A stretch of DNA of 64,000 bases from an uncultured Methanomicrobiales archaeon (GCA_963758915.1 CAVWXH010000016.1:224001-288000); one strand, 5' to 3'. Shown: positions 31,785 to 42,818, numbered from the stretch's first letter. Notes: generated from the sequence alone by a model not told the origin. A program made the numbers and translations.

Positions 31785-31856
31785 ATTACAATCGCCGCCT
31801 GTTATTGGTTCGCTCTGGTTGAATCAAACCTATACTGCTCACAATCCTGGTACTGA

Positions 31857-32348
31857 TCATTCTGGGTTCTCCCCGTCGCTCTCTTCATAGTGAAGGGGCG
31901 ATTTTCTGGGTCCAAGAAATTCCTGCTCTGTGCTCCATACTACAAAACGCGTTAAGGCAGGGGAAAAGACTGGTGTTTGCCCGCCAGTGATCCCCTGCGT
32001 GATTGGTTCTGCAGAGATCAGGTGCCCGTTACGCATCACGTAGAGGCGGCGGAATGGCCAGTCCTCCTCAGGTTTAATCTCCCGGTCATAGTAGATCTGC
32101 TTTGCAAAGGCGAGGGAACAGTAATTTCCTCCAGGGAATTCGAACAGGACGTCCTGCATGTAGCGGCGTATATACCAGCGCAGTTCTCCTGCAAGGGACA
32201 GGCCGCTTACCAGGGATTCAATAGGGATGATAACCCCTCCAGGCCACTCTTTCGGGTGATAAAACCGCAATGTGTTCCGGGATGTCTCAGAGGCAGAGAG
32301 TGTGTGGTACAGGTTGATACCTTCACGCTGGAGGAAGAATATGTTCAT
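31857..32348 (-). CDS. conserved hypothetical protein (DUF5804-like)
   Basis: LYHTL.ASETSR..LRFY and ELRWYIRRY motifs; co-oriented with pan and dph5. Confidence 0.65.
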   Translation of the reverse strand: MNIFFLQREGINLYHTLSASETSRNTLRFYHPKEWPGGVIIPIESLVSGLSLAGELRWYIRRYMQDVLFEFPGGNYCSLAFAKQIYYDREIKPEEDWPFRRLYVMRNGHLISAEPITQGITGGQTPVFSPALTRFVVWSTEQEFLGPRKSPLHYEESDGENPE

Positions 32349-32521
32349 TCGAGCTATTCCAAGAGAATAATCAGTTTCCAATAATAAAATACTGCCCTGT
32401 ACCGGCAGCCTGAATCCTTTGCACACGGGTAACGAGGTGGTAAACAACCAATAATTCCAGAAAATTCCAGGAATACCATGTAGGTATTAAAAAGGGAGTG
32501 TTAATCTCTCAGTGGAGGTAC

Positions 32522-33682
32522 TCAGGTATACATCCGGTCATCGAAGGCAATTTTGTTCCTGACCTTCCTGACCGCTGCCAGAAAGTCTTCGGCATTTACA
32601 TTATCTGCTTCTTTCCGGACTGCAATCATCCCAGCCTCCCGGCAAATTGCCTGGACTTCTGCACCCGTCGTATTTTCAGTGAGATCAGCGATTTCTTCAA
32701 GTGAAACACCTTCCAGACGGAGTTTTGCAGAGTGGATTTTAAGGATTTCCAGCCTGGAATCCCGGTCTGGCAGTGGTATCTCAATGACACGGTCAAACCT
32801 TCCGGGCCTGAGAAGTGCCGGGTCGAGCATATCAACCCTGTTTGTTGCAGCCATTATCCGGACATCCCCACGGTTATTGAATCCATCCATCTCGGCAAGG
32901 AGCTGCATCAGTGTTCTCTGTACTTCGGCACTTCCTGAAGTCCCGTCATTTGTCCTCGTACTGCCGACTGCATCAATTTCGTCAATAAATACTATAGAGG
33001 GTGCCCGTTCCCGGGCGAGCATGAATAACTCGCGCACCAGCTGGGCCCCTTCGCCAATGTATTTATGGACAAGTTCGCTCCCGGACATCCTGATAAACGT
33101 GGCCTTGGCCTGGTGGGCCACAGCCTTCGCAATCAATGTCTTACCGGTTCCCGGAGGTCCGTATAAAAGAATACCCTTTGGAGGTTCTACACCAAGCCGC
33201 TCAAAGATTTCCGGCCTGGTAAGGGGGTACTCTACAGATTCCCGGACCTCTTCTATTTCTTTTAAAAGCCCGCCAATTTGTTTGAACGTAACATTCGGGG
33301 ACTCTTCGAGTTCCATTACACGGACACGTGAGTCAAAAACACTGCCTACAATTTTTACGATGGAGAGGGCGTTGTTAACTGCTACTTTCGTTCCAGGTTT
33401 TAATTCCTTCCCGATTTCTGTACTTACATGTGTCAGGTATTCCTGGTTGTTACCCTGCTGTCGTAAATAGATCTCCCCGTTCTCAAGGATGTCCACCACT
33501 ACGGCGATGAACAACGGCATGCGCTTGAGCTGGGCATTTTCACGTTTCAGCTGGGTGTTATCCCGTAAGAGTTCGTCATTTTTTATTTTGACTTCCAGAA
33601 GTTGTGCCTCAATATCCTGGAGCCTGAGTTTTAATTTCAGCTCCCCTTCGTTTAAGGGATTATTAATGACGGTCTCTTCCAT
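32522..33682 (-). CDS. pan: proteasome-activating nucleotidase
   Basis: Coiled coil plus OB domain, GPPGTGKT, FIDEIDA, ATNR..LDPALLRPGRFDR, HbYX-like end MYT. Confidence 0.95.
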   Translation of the reverse strand: MEETVINNPLNEGELKLKLRLQDIEAQLLEVKIKNDELLRDNTQLKRENAQLKRMPLFIAVVVDILENGEIYLRQQGNNQEYLTHVSTEIGKELKPGTKVAVNNALSIVKIVGSVFDSRVRVMELEESPNVTFKQIGGLLKEIEEVRESVEYPLTRPEIFERLGVEPPKGILLYGPPGTGKTLIAKAVAHQAKATFIRMSGSELVHKYIGEGAQLVRELFMLARERAPSIVFIDEIDAVGSTRTNDGTSGSAEVQRTLMQLLAEMDGFNNRGDVRIMAATNRVDMLDPALLRPGRFDRVIEIPLPDRDSRLEILKIHSAKLRLEGVSLEEIADLTENTTGAEVQAICREAGMIAVRKEADNVNAEDFLAAVRKVRNKIAFDDRMYT

Positions 33683-33726
33683 GTTACTATTATATCTCAA
33701 TTTTCATACATATATCAGGTGCGATT

Positions 33727-34128
33727 GTGATATTTCGAGGCAGGGGGATTGCGAAAGGGTGTGCATCCGGTGAACTTCTGGTTAGTCCGGAGCCGATCTC
33801 GTTCCTGTCAGGTGTAAATCCTGATACCGGAGTGGTAGTAGAAAAAGGGCATCCATTAGAGGGTCAGAATCTTTCAGGCAGGGTGATTGCTTTTGATCAT
33901 GGAAAAGGATCCACGGTCGGATCATATGTACTCTATGCCCTGTCTAAAAACGGGCATGCTCCTGCGGCGATAGTGAATACCGAAGCTGAACCGATTATTG
34001 TGGTAGGGGCAATAATGGGGGGCATCCCGATGATCGACAGGATTGGAGTCCCCGTTACGGAGCTGAAATCCGGTAGACTGGTAACGGTAAACGGGGATAC
34101 CGGAGAGCTCATGTACGAGGAACATTAA
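33727..34128 (+). CDS. DUF126 / aconitase X swivel protein (phosphomevalonate dehydratase small subunit-like)
   Basis: PISFLSGV.P.TG, GKGSTVGSYVLY, APAAIV. Confidence 0.85.
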   Translation: MIFRGRGIAKGCASGELLVSPEPISFLSGVNPDTGVVVEKGHPLEGQNLSGRVIAFDHGKGSTVGSYVLYALSKNGHAPAAIVNTEAEPIIVVGAIMGGIPMIDRIGVPVTELKSGRLVTVNGDTGELMYEEH

Positions 34129-34177
34129 CCCGGATAACTTCAAAAGAATGAAGTAGTACCTGGCAGAATCCATTTTT

Positions 34178-34606
34178 ATGAAACAATGGGTTTTCATTAG
34201 TATTCTGGCTCTTATGGCGATCATTTTTGCGGGTTGCACGAACCTGCCAGCACCGCCCCCCGCACAGGGGCAGAACCCGACCGGAACTCTGGTAACCGGT
34301 CCTGTTGTCACGCTTCCTGTAACTACTTCTGTTGATATCCAGGTCATGCAGAAAGATTCAGTCTATTCAACTGTCGACGTGGTATTTGGAGGTGGTAATG
34401 GACAGTTACAGGTCAGTTCCTGTGATGTGGTATTTACACGGAGCGATGGGACTTCAGAATCAAGGAAGTTACAACCAGAAAAAGGGGCTACAATTACCTT
34501 GCAGGGGACAAAGGGAACAGATCGTGTTGAAGTTTCCGTTACCATGAAGGACGGAAAGACCTACAGGGTTATTGACCAGCTTGTTCCGTACAGGACGCGT
34601 GGATAG
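34178..34606 (+). CDS. putative lipoprotein
   Basis: Lipobox IFAGC; Pro/Thr linker. Confidence 0.75.
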   Translation: MKQWVFISILALMAIIFAGCTNLPAPPPAQGQNPTGTLVTGPVVTLPVTTSVDIQVMQKDSVYSTVDVVFGGGNGQLQVSSCDVVFTRSDGTSESRKLQPEKGATITLQGTKGTDRVEVSVTMKDGKTYRVIDQLVPYRTRG

Positions 34607-34877
34607 GACGTATTTCTATGTATCCCTGTCGGGTACTGGAAAAATATGTAAGACCTATAATTTTTTATGAATGCAATAAACCATTCATCAGTACATGAAC
34701 GTGATGAGATGCAGGATTAGCAGGAGAAAGGTACCGCGTAGCAGGTAATAATAGTACAGCGTTGGCCTGATGCCACGTTTAAATTCCGGCGTTGTTATTC
34801 ATGGCTGTCAGATGCATTTCATTTTTTTACTGTGCCGGGATGAACAGGTTACTATCAAGGAGAGAATGGAGAGGCTT

Positions 34878-35999
34878 ATGAAGACCTGCTGGAGGGACAT
34901 AGCTGCTGCCGGAAATTCCTATGCAGCACTCAGGGCAGCATGTAGCGTCCATGGAATCTCCCTTCACCCTGTCCGTGCTCCTTCGGCGGATATTACTTGT
35001 TACAGTCTCAATTCTGTGACCGCCAGAAGATATGAAAACGAGATCAGGGAAGCGGAGTGCATAACCATCGCGGGTGGCCCCTATTCGTCCGCATGTTACC
35101 GCGAGGTGTCGCTCTATGCAGATTATGTCGTCGTTGGTGAAGGTGAACATACCCTGCCGGCATTACTTCACCATATTATGGGTCCTGAAATAACGCCTCT
35201 TCCCCCAGGGGTTGCGACATCGGAGGCGTTCAATCCTCCGGATTCAAACGTTTTCCTTGATGCATATCCTCCCTTTCGTGAGGTGAAAGGATATATTGAA
35301 TGCTCACGGGGATGTCCGTTTCATTGTGGATATTGCCAGACTCCTTCGCTATTTGGCGGATCAATGAGGCACCGTAGTATTGATTCAATTGTCAAATACG
35401 CTAACAGGGTCAGGGATGCACGCTTCGTTACACCCAATGCATTTGCATATGGTTCTGACGGCAGGTCACCGAGATTTGAAAAAATCCGGAAATTGCTCGG
35501 TAACATAGAATCAAATATCTATTTTGGAACATTTCCAAGTGAAGTCCGCCCCGAATTTATCTGCCGCGAGGCACTCGAGATTGTCAGAGACTATTGCATG
35601 AACACGAAACTGCATTTTGGCGCGCAGTCTGGTAGCGACCGGGTCCTCAAACAGCTTCACCGCGGGCATTCGGTATCCGATGTGGTCTCGGCTGTTGAAT
35701 TATGCCACGAATACGGCATTACCCCTGTTGTAGATTTTATCCTTGGTCTTCCTGATGAAGTCGATGAAGACCAGCTGAAAAGCCTTGATCTTATCAGGTG
35801 GATTTCGAAATACGGGCATATCCATGTCCACCAGTTCCTCCCGTTACCTGGGACTGCGCTATCAGGTGCATTACCACGTCCTATTATAAGCGAGGTCCAG
35901 CAGGTCCTCGGGAAGCTGGCACTCCGGCGAAAAGTAACGGGTTCCTGGTGTGATCATGAGATAAGGTTTTTTACAACCCCTTCGAATGATATTACATGA
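34878..35999 (+). CDS. B12-binding-domain radical SAM protein (TIGR04013-like)
   Basis: NSYAAL, IAGGP, VVGEGE, SRGCPFHCGYCQ, FPSEVRPE, GAQSGS. Confidence 0.88.
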   Translation: MKTCWRDIAAAGNSYAALRAACSVHGISLHPVRAPSADITCYSLNSVTARRYENEIREAECITIAGGPYSSACYREVSLYADYVVVGEGEHTLPALLHHIMGPEITPLPPGVATSEAFNPPDSNVFLDAYPPFREVKGYIECSRGCPFHCGYCQTPSLFGGSMRHRSIDSIVKYANRVRDARFVTPNAFAYGSDGRSPRFEKIRKLLGNIESNIYFGTFPSEVRPEFICREALEIVRDYCMNTKLHFGAQSGSDRVLKQLHRGHSVSDVVSAVELCHEYGITPVVDFILGLPDEVDEDQLKSLDLIRWISKYGHIHVHQFLPLPGTALSGALPRPIISEVQQVLGKLALRRKVTGSWCDHEIRFFTTPSNDIT

Positions 36000-36637
36000 T
36001 GGATGTGCTATTGTTAGCAGATCTGCATGGTCAATTTGGTAAAATTGATTCATTTTTGGATCTCGGGGCCGATGCAGTTTTTATTGCCGGCGACCTCACC
36101 GATATGGGACCCGCAGATTCCGTTGAACCCCTAATGTCCCGGATAGATGTACCCTGTTTTGTGGTACCGGGCAACTGTGACCCAAAAGAGATATTAGATG
36201 TCCTTGAACACTCTGACAGTGTCTGCCTTCATGCGTCTCAGATCAACCTCGGGAAGATCTCAATCGCAGGAATTGGTGGCTCTAATCCGACACCGTTCAA
36301 TACTCCGTTCGAAATGACGGACAAACAGATTGAAAATATCTTGAACGAAATCATGCCGAAGATGGAACGGACTGTTCATAATGTCCTGTTAACCCATGCA
36401 CCACCCTATGGTAGTCTTGATGTAATTAACGGGGAGCATGTTGGCAGTGCCAGTATCCAGCGCCACATGAAATCTTTCGACCTTGTATGTTGTGCCCATA
36501 TCCATGAGCAGCGGGGCATAATTGAAGTAGAAGGTACAAAAGTGGTAAACCCAGGCATGGCATCAACAGGTAACTGTGCCATGATCCATTTCGGCAATGA
36601 AGCAAAAGACATAAAGATCGAGCTCCTCACTGTTTAG
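35996..36637 (+). CDS. metallophosphoesterase
   Basis: ADLHG, GDLTD, PGNCD, THAPP, AHIHE, VNPG. Confidence 0.92.
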   Translation: MMDVLLLADLHGQFGKIDSFLDLGADAVFIAGDLTDMGPADSVEPLMSRIDVPCFVVPGNCDPKEILDVLEHSDSVCLHASQINLGKISIAGIGGSNPTPFNTPFEMTDKQIENILNEIMPKMERTVHNVLLTHAPPYGSLDVINGEHVGSASIQRHMKSFDLVCCAHIHEQRGIIEVEGTKVVNPGMASTGNCAMIHFGNEAKDIKIELLTV

Positions 36638-37154
36638 CGAGGATAAGCTCAAGGTACGAGGCGAGAATCTGTTCTCCCCTGACACCGATCTTTTCTGCAA
36701 TATTCTCAATTATGCTGGTATCCGATACATCAGACTCCGACCGTATTACCTCAATCTCCACGAAGGATCCCAGATCCCGAACTTCATCAAGGGCGATTGA
36801 AGCATGTCCGAATGAATAATACTCCCGGACTTTGTCGACAACAGCTGTTTTGCGAAAACCGATACGTTCGAGCATCTGCTCAAAATCAGGGCCCCCTTCG
36901 ACGGTAACATTCAGTTCTTCGCGGGCTTTAAATGCGAGGTCCCTTCGCTTGGCACCTTTATAGGTGATCGTGGTCCTGCCGCTGCTGTACCGGACCCTCA
37001 GTGCCTCGTCGGTAACGGCAAAATCCCGGTGGGGGGCGTTGTAGTAAATATCATGTTCCCCCGTTTTTTCTGTCATATGGGCGCCAATTGCCAACAGGCG
37101 TTCCCGGACTGGTACGAGGTCAGATACCTGGACTTTTAGTTCTATTTCAAGCAT
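36627..37154 (-). CDS. cyaB: CYTH-domain protein (class IV adenylate cyclase-like)
   Basis: EIELK, DIYY, ALRVR, TYKG, REE, LGSFVEIE. Confidence 0.88.
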   Translation of the reverse strand: MLEIELKVQVSDLVPVRERLLAIGAHMTEKTGEHDIYYNAPHRDFAVTDEALRVRYSSGRTTITYKGAKRRDLAFKAREELNVTVEGGPDFEQMLERIGFRKTAVVDKVREYYSFGHASIALDEVRDLGSFVEIEVIRSESDVSDTSIIENIAEKIGVRGEQILASYLELILAKQ

Positions 37155-37210
37155 ACAAGTGACACAGGTTTATCTATCATCGCCTCGACGTTATATACCA
37201 AGTGATAACG

Positions 37211-37903
37211 ATGGCAATACAGGAAGGAGATTTTGTTAAACTGAGCTATACCGGTGGCGTGAACGGACGGATTTTTGACACCACTGACGAAGAGGAGGCT
37301 AAAACAGTCGGAATTCATAACCCCCAGGCGTTGTACGGTCCGATCGTGATTCGTGCAGGAAGTCACCATGTAATTCTCGGACTGGATGAAGCACTTATTG
37401 GGAAAGATGAAGGCTTCGAGGGAGATCTCGAGATATCTCCAGAGAAGGGGTTTGGCCTTCATGACCCGAAACGTGTTGAATCATTCCCGAAAAATAAGTT
37501 CAAGGAGAAACCTGTCAAGGGGATGAGTGTTAAAGTCGAGGAACTTGGTGAAGGGGTTGTTATCGATGTTATCGGCGGGCGTGTGATTGTTGATTTTAAC
37601 CACCCGCTTTCAGGAAAAACCCTCAATTATCATTTCAGGATTGATTCCAAAGTTGATGACCTCGTGGAAAAAGTAAAAGGATTGCTCCACCTTTATGCAG
37701 GCCGCGACATGGATCTCTCTTTCCTGGACGGTAACCTCACAATCAGCCTGCCCCCGGGTATTAACTATGACCGACGCTGGGTGATGTGGAGGAGCCGTGT
37801 TATTCATGAATCTTTTGAATACATTCCTGACATCCAGGAGATTATCCTTGTTGAATCCTTTAAAAGACCAGCGGAATCCGGAAAGGAAACCGTTGAAGAA
37901 TAG
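37211..37903 (+). CDS. FKBP-type peptidyl-prolyl isomerase (archaeal long SlyD type)
   Basis: GDFVKLSYTG, FDTT, VDFNHPLSGKTL. Confidence 0.92.
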   Translation: MAIQEGDFVKLSYTGGVNGRIFDTTDEEEAKTVGIHNPQALYGPIVIRAGSHHVILGLDEALIGKDEGFEGDLEISPEKGFGLHDPKRVESFPKNKFKEKPVKGMSVKVEELGEGVVIDVIGGRVIVDFNHPLSGKTLNYHFRIDSKVDDLVEKVKGLLHLYAGRDMDLSFLDGNLTISLPPGINYDRRWVMWRSRVIHESFEYIPDIQEIILVESFKRPAESGKETVEE

Positions 37904-37981
37904 ATATTCCAATAATTTTTTCCCTTTTTTGATATCGCCAAAAAAAAATGTAATTCTGGTGATCGGAATGATTTGTTCGTT

Positions 37982-39322
37982 TCACAGGGTTACTGGCCTG
38001 AGCTTTTGGATTACCTGTTCAACCTGCCGGACAGCGGTGCCGATATAGTTGTCAGGGTTTAACAGCTCCCCAATCTCCGCGGGAGTTAACAATTCGAGTA
38101 CCCTGGCATGTGTACCCAGTACTTCTGAGAGTGCGCGTTTTTCTGCCAACGCCTCCATGCTGGCAACCCTGACAATTTCATGAGCTTCCTGGCGGTCCAT
38201 ACCTTTTTTTGTCAGTTCGATCATAATTGACTCCGCCATATTGACCCCATGGAGAAAATTTAAATTATCGCGGATCCGGTCTTCCCTGATGCATAACCCT
38301 TCGAGTACACGGATCATCACATGCAGGACATGATCGGTTAATATGGTGGCTTCGGGGAATATTACCCGTTCACAGGATGAATTAGTAAGGTCACGTTCGT
38401 CCCAGAGTGTGTTATTGAGGAGTGCAGGTTCAACTGCAGCCCGTATTACTCGTGCCAGCCCGCATACCTGCTCACTTTTTATAGGATTTCTTTTATGCGG
38501 CATTGTGCTTGAACCGACCTGCTTTTTTCCAAACGCCTCCTCCAGTTCACCGATCTCTGTCCGTTGGAGTGACCTGATTTCGACCCCGATTTTATCAAGT
38601 GTGGTAGCAACGTTCGCAAGGAACATAAAATACTCTGCATAACGGTCACGGGAAATAACCTGGTTGGAGACATCGACATGTGAGAGACCAAGAATTGACA
38701 TCATGGTCTCCTGTACTTCGATACCCCTGTTGCCAAGTGATGCCTGGGTTCCGACTGCCCCGGTCATCTGGCCAACTGCCACGCGAGGCCTGATCTCATT
38801 CAGTCTCTCAATATGTCTTCCGGTCTCACTTGCCCAGATTGCAAATCTCAACCCGTACGTGGTTGGTACGCCAATCTGGCCGTGTGTCCGTCCGGCACAA
38901 ACAAGGTTTATTGTCTCGCCGCTACGGGTAAGAAGTACGGAGAGAAGATTTTTTAATTTTTTATCTATCAGTTCAAGTGATTGTTTTAACTGAAGCCCGG
39001 TTGCGGTGTCAAGCATATCGTTCGAGGTTGCGCCGTAATGGACCCACCTGGCAGAAGTCCCGCATTCTTCTGATATTGATTTTACAATTGCCATCATATC
39101 ATGGCTGATCTCTTCCTCAATTTCTTTTGCACGTGCGAGTTTTGCATTTTTTGCATATTTTTCAATCTCATCTGCTGCCGATGACGGGATCATGTGATGA
39201 ACTGCCTCTGCGCGGGCAAGAGCAATTTCAGCAGCGATGATACAGTTGAACCGGTTTTCTTCGCCCCAGATGTGGCGCATTTCTTTTGTTCCATAACGGT
39301 ATTCGATCGGGTGGACTGCCAT
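37982..39322 (-). CDS. purB: adenylosuccinate lyase
   Basis: HYGATSND, GRTHGQ, GSSTMPHKRNP. Confidence 0.97.
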   Translation of the reverse strand: MAVHPIEYRYGTKEMRHIWGEENRFNCIIAAEIALARAEAVHHMIPSSAADEIEKYAKNAKLARAKEIEEEISHDMMAIVKSISEECGTSARWVHYGATSNDMLDTATGLQLKQSLELIDKKLKNLLSVLLTRSGETINLVCAGRTHGQIGVPTTYGLRFAIWASETGRHIERLNEIRPRVAVGQMTGAVGTQASLGNRGIEVQETMMSILGLSHVDVSNQVISRDRYAEYFMFLANVATTLDKIGVEIRSLQRTEIGELEEAFGKKQVGSSTMPHKRNPIKSEQVCGLARVIRAAVEPALLNNTLWDERDLTNSSCERVIFPEATILTDHVLHVMIRVLEGLCIREDRIRDNLNFLHGVNMAESIMIELTKKGMDRQEAHEIVRVASMEALAEKRALSEVLGTHARVLELLTPAEIGELLNPDNYIGTAVRQVEQVIQKLRPVTL

Positions 39323-39376
39323 CTGAAAAGATCCTCTCCTGCTATTCTAAAGCATTGTGAAACCTATTATATGTTA

Positions 39377-41383
39377 ATGGATCACCTCGACGAATGGTTC
39401 CCCTACAACAACTACCGGCCGAATCAACGGCAGATGCTTGAAGTGGTAGCGGCAAGCGCAAAACAGGGGGGTATTGTCATGATTGATGCCCCGACCGGAA
39501 GCGGTAAGTCGAGCGCTGTTGCGGCATTACTATCTGAGCGGGGGAGCCGCAAGGTCATCATCGCCGTGAGGACAATCAGCCAGCTGACTACCTTTATTCG
39601 TGAATTATCACTTATAAAAAAAAAGAAACCTGCACTGAAATTTTCATTTCTTGTCGGTAAATCCAATTTATGCCCCCTTGGCGGGGAAGGGGACGTCTAC
39701 CGGAGATGCGAAGGGGTAAAAGGTCTCACCACATCGCTGATGCGCGAACGCGCTGAACAGGGGTCGCTGGTCCCGGCATTAGATCCGGTCATAAAAAAGC
39801 AGGTTGCTCGGATTGACCGCGATCACCCTATGATCTGCCCTTATTTTATTAATAGCAGGATTTACATGAAGGCAGAAGGGGGCGCACTGAAGATGGCCCC
39901 GTCCCCCCCGCTGCGGTTGAAAGCAGACAGGGTGCTGTTACCGGGTGTCCAGCCCCAGCAATTAACGGAGTTGTGTGGTGAAATATGCCCATACGAGACG
40001 ATGCTCTATGCAGCCCAGAAAGCTGACGTTATTATCCTTAATTATTACCACCTGTTTGATGATATGGTCAGGGAGCAACTCTACCAGTCAATCGGAGTTG
40101 AACCTTCAGATGTACTCCTGCTAATCGATGAGGCGCATAACTGTGGTGAGGTATTACAGGATGTCCAGTCTGTCCGTTTAGAAGAACCCTCGCTAGAGCA
40201 GGCTGCCCACGAGCTCCTCCACCTGAAAAGGACAATGAAAGGTGTCGATGCGGTTCATCACCTGATACCAAGGATCAAGGACTATATGCAGGGCCTGAAG
40301 AGTTCCCTCGAAACTGAGGACTGGTTCGACCCCGGGATATTCGAACGGATTATCCTTAAAGGTTCATTATACGGGTCACTTTCTGAAATTGTAGAGGAAC
40401 TTATGACCATCAGCGAACGGATCAGGGAGAGCAATATCCGTGCGGGTGAGTTTAAGGAAACTGCCATTGAGCGCCTTACCGCTTTCATGTTCCGTCTGGA
40501 ACAGTCAGCTTCTGATACGTCGTATCTTACCGTTTATAAAAAAGATGAAGATTCAATCTTTCTTGAAGTGCGAAATATTGACCCCGGGCCAAAAATGCGC
40601 GAACTGGGTGGATCGCATTACAGTTGCACGATGATATCGGGGACCCTTTCCCCGGTCACCAGTTACCGGAAGTACTATTTTGGAGATACGGATGTTACAC
40701 TGTGTTCTCTCCCGAATTCGTTCCCGAAACAGAACAGGAGGATCTTATGTGCACGTGATATTACCACCTCATTCTCACAGCGGCAGGATAAAGGAAATAC
40801 CCAGAATATCGTGGATTATATAGGGGTATTTACAAAGATCCCCGGCAACCTGGCTGTTTACTTCCCGTCCTACCAGATCCTTGACCAGTACGCAGCCAGG
40901 GTAGTGTCAGGGATATCGAAAAAAAAGGTCTATATTGAGCCAAAAGATGCAAAAGATGCAAATATTGCATTAAATGAATTCATGGAGCTTCCGGCCATGA
41001 ATAAATCAGGAGTAATTTTTGCAGTCTGTGGGGGGAAATGGAGTGAGGGCCTTGATTACCGGGGGGATATGCTCTCGGGAGCACTTGTGATTGGATTACC
41101 CCTTGCGCCTTTCAACCGGCCCAGAAGGATGGTTATTGATTACTTTCGCCACAAATTCGGGGAGGAAGGTGAATTCATCTGTTACACCCTGCCGGCAATT
41201 AACCGCGCACAACAGGCCCTTGGCCGGGTAATACGGACTCCGGAAGACCGTGGTGTGCTGGTATTCGGTGAGAAACGGTTCCTTGAGTCAAAGGTCATCC
41301 GTGGACTCCCTGCGTGGATCAGGGAAGAGATAATAGAATGCGACCTCCATGAATTCAGGGAGATGATGTCAGGTTGGAGGTAA
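39377..41383 (+). CDS. XPD/Rad3/DinG-family DNA helicase
   Basis: FPY..YRP.Q, APTGSGKS, Fe-S cysteines, IDEAHN, SGTL, SEGLDY, QALGRVIR. Confidence 0.92.
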   Translation: MDHLDEWFPYNNYRPNQRQMLEVVAASAKQGGIVMIDAPTGSGKSSAVAALLSERGSRKVIIAVRTISQLTTFIRELSLIKKKKPALKFSFLVGKSNLCPLGGEGDVYRRCEGVKGLTTSLMRERAEQGSLVPALDPVIKKQVARIDRDHPMICPYFINSRIYMKAEGGALKMAPSPPLRLKADRVLLPGVQPQQLTELCGEICPYETMLYAAQKADVIILNYYHLFDDMVREQLYQSIGVEPSDVLLLIDEAHNCGEVLQDVQSVRLEEPSLEQAAHELLHLKRTMKGVDAVHHLIPRIKDYMQGLKSSLETEDWFDPGIFERIILKGSLYGSLSEIVEELMTISERIRESNIRAGEFKETAIERLTAFMFRLEQSASDTSYLTVYKKDEDSIFLEVRNIDPGPKMRELGGSHYSCTMISGTLSPVTSYRKYYFGDTDVTLCSLPNSFPKQNRRILCARDITTSFSQRQDKGNTQNIVDYIGVFTKIPGNLAVYFPSYQILDQYAARVVSGISKKKVYIEPKDAKDANIALNEFMELPAMNKSGVIFAVCGGKWSEGLDYRGDMLSGALVIGLPLAPFNRPRRMVIDYFRHKFGEEGEFICYTLPAINRAQQALGRVIRTPEDRGVLVFGEKRFLESKVIRGLPAWIREEIIECDLHEFREMMSGWR

Positions 41384-41820
41384 TGAGTGGCTCCTGCCGT
41401 TTCGGACTCTGGTTTGTGCATGTCTGGTGGTCGGGAGACCAGATTTTCCAGGTGGTATTTTCGAAATCCCCTTTGACCGGGACGGTTCCCCCACCCTTTA
41501 TACGCTATTGTGCAGGGAAAGAAGAGAATTTCCAGTCCCATGAGAGCGTTGCAACCACCTATCCGACAATATTTGGACGTATTTACCAGGAGGTAAGGAA
41601 GGTGCCGTATGGAGAGACTACAACCTATGGGGACATTGCGGTAAAGGTTTCCACCTCTCCGAGAGTAGTCGGGCAGGCGATGCGACACAACCCCACACCC
41701 CTGGTCATTCCATGCCATCGTATTGTTGGAAAGCATGGTGTCGGCGGGTTTACCCCATCACCCGAAATAAAAGAAATGTTGATACTGATGGAAAAAAAGA
41801 CCAAGGACAGAAGAAAGTGA
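41383..41820 (+). CDS. ogt: methylated-DNA--protein-cysteine methyltransferase
   Basis: VPYGETTTYG, PRVVGQAM..NP, IPCHRIV. Confidence 0.9.
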   Translation: MSGSCRFGLWFVHVWWSGDQIFQVVFSKSPLTGTVPPPFIRYCAGKEENFQSHESVATTYPTIFGRIYQEVRKVPYGETTTYGDIAVKVSTSPRVVGQAMRHNPTPLVIPCHRIVGKHGVGGFTPSPEIKEMLILMEKKTKDRRK

Positions 41821-42054
41821 GGGAGCACAAGGTGACGCGGTGAAGTTGGATAAATTTTTTTATGGATTTTTTGTTGATCCGGAGAAAAAAAACTATTAAA
41901 CCCGCTTAACCAAGCTAGTACAATAATCCTGATGGATTAAATTGCAGTCCTTTCTGCATCACGTCACTGAAATGGTTTACATTGTAATAAAAAATTAACC
42001 ATGAATCTAAAACAGCGTAATGATAATCTGATCTTGTAAGACAGGAAAATTTAG

Positions 42055-42642
42055 ATGAGGACTGCAATAATTCTCGTGGGAGGCGAAGCAAAAAGAGCCG
42101 AGGGGCGCGAGAAATATTTTTTTCTCCATGAAGGGAAGACATTTCTGTCGAGATTACTTGATTCTCTTGTACCGGTAGTTGACGAGGTGATACTTGTTGC
42201 AAGAAATCCTGATCAATGTATCCGTTTTAAAGACTATGAGAATATTTTTTGCGTTACCGATATCAGGACAGGTATTGGTCCAATCGGGGGTATCCATGCC
42301 GGTGTTCTTGCTGCAAAAGGGGAGAATGTTTTCATATCCGGGTGCGATATGCCATTTGTCTGCACGGAAATTGTAAATCAGCTCTTTTCACGGATTAATG
42401 GATACGATGCAATCATACCTGCCTGGAATAATGAAAAATTTGAGCCCCTTCATGCCGTTTATAAAAGAGATGCCTTATTACAATACCTGATATCCCACGA
42501 ATCTTTGTCTCTTCGTACAATGATCCGCAGCCTTTACACGTATTATATTAATGTTGATGAATTCAGAAAGGTTGACCCTAATCTCCGCACGTTTGTGAAT
42601 ATAAATATGGTTGAGGACCTCTCGACACTCAATAAATTATAA
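42055..42642 (+). CDS. mobA: molybdenum cofactor guanylyltransferase
   Basis: LVGG.AKR, GPIGGI, CDMPF, EPLHAVY, FVNIN. Confidence 0.88.
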   Translation: MRTAIILVGGEAKRAEGREKYFFLHEGKTFLSRLLDSLVPVVDEVILVARNPDQCIRFKDYENIFCVTDIRTGIGPIGGIHAGVLAAKGENVFISGCDMPFVCTEIVNQLFSRINGYDAIIPAWNNEKFEPLHAVYKRDALLQYLISHESLSLRTMIRSLYTYYINVDEFRKVDPNLRTFVNINMVEDLSTLNKL

Positions 42643-42818
42643 AAAAAACCTCCTGAAATTTCCTAAAATATGGTAGACTAAAAAAATGAACAAAGTTTGA
42701 GCATTAAATTCCATTTGATATAATTCACTAATCCGGAATACTGCTGATATTTTATCACTGACTCTTCTTTGGAACAGGGAAATGATAGGAAATGAAAAAG
42801 AAAACTATTGATTGATAT

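Noticed and set aside
32553-33470. Long antisense ORFs (also 10440-11072, 16301-16888, 60322-61443, 61467-62210)
   Set aside because: They are shadow frames opposite well-supported genes and carry no motifs.
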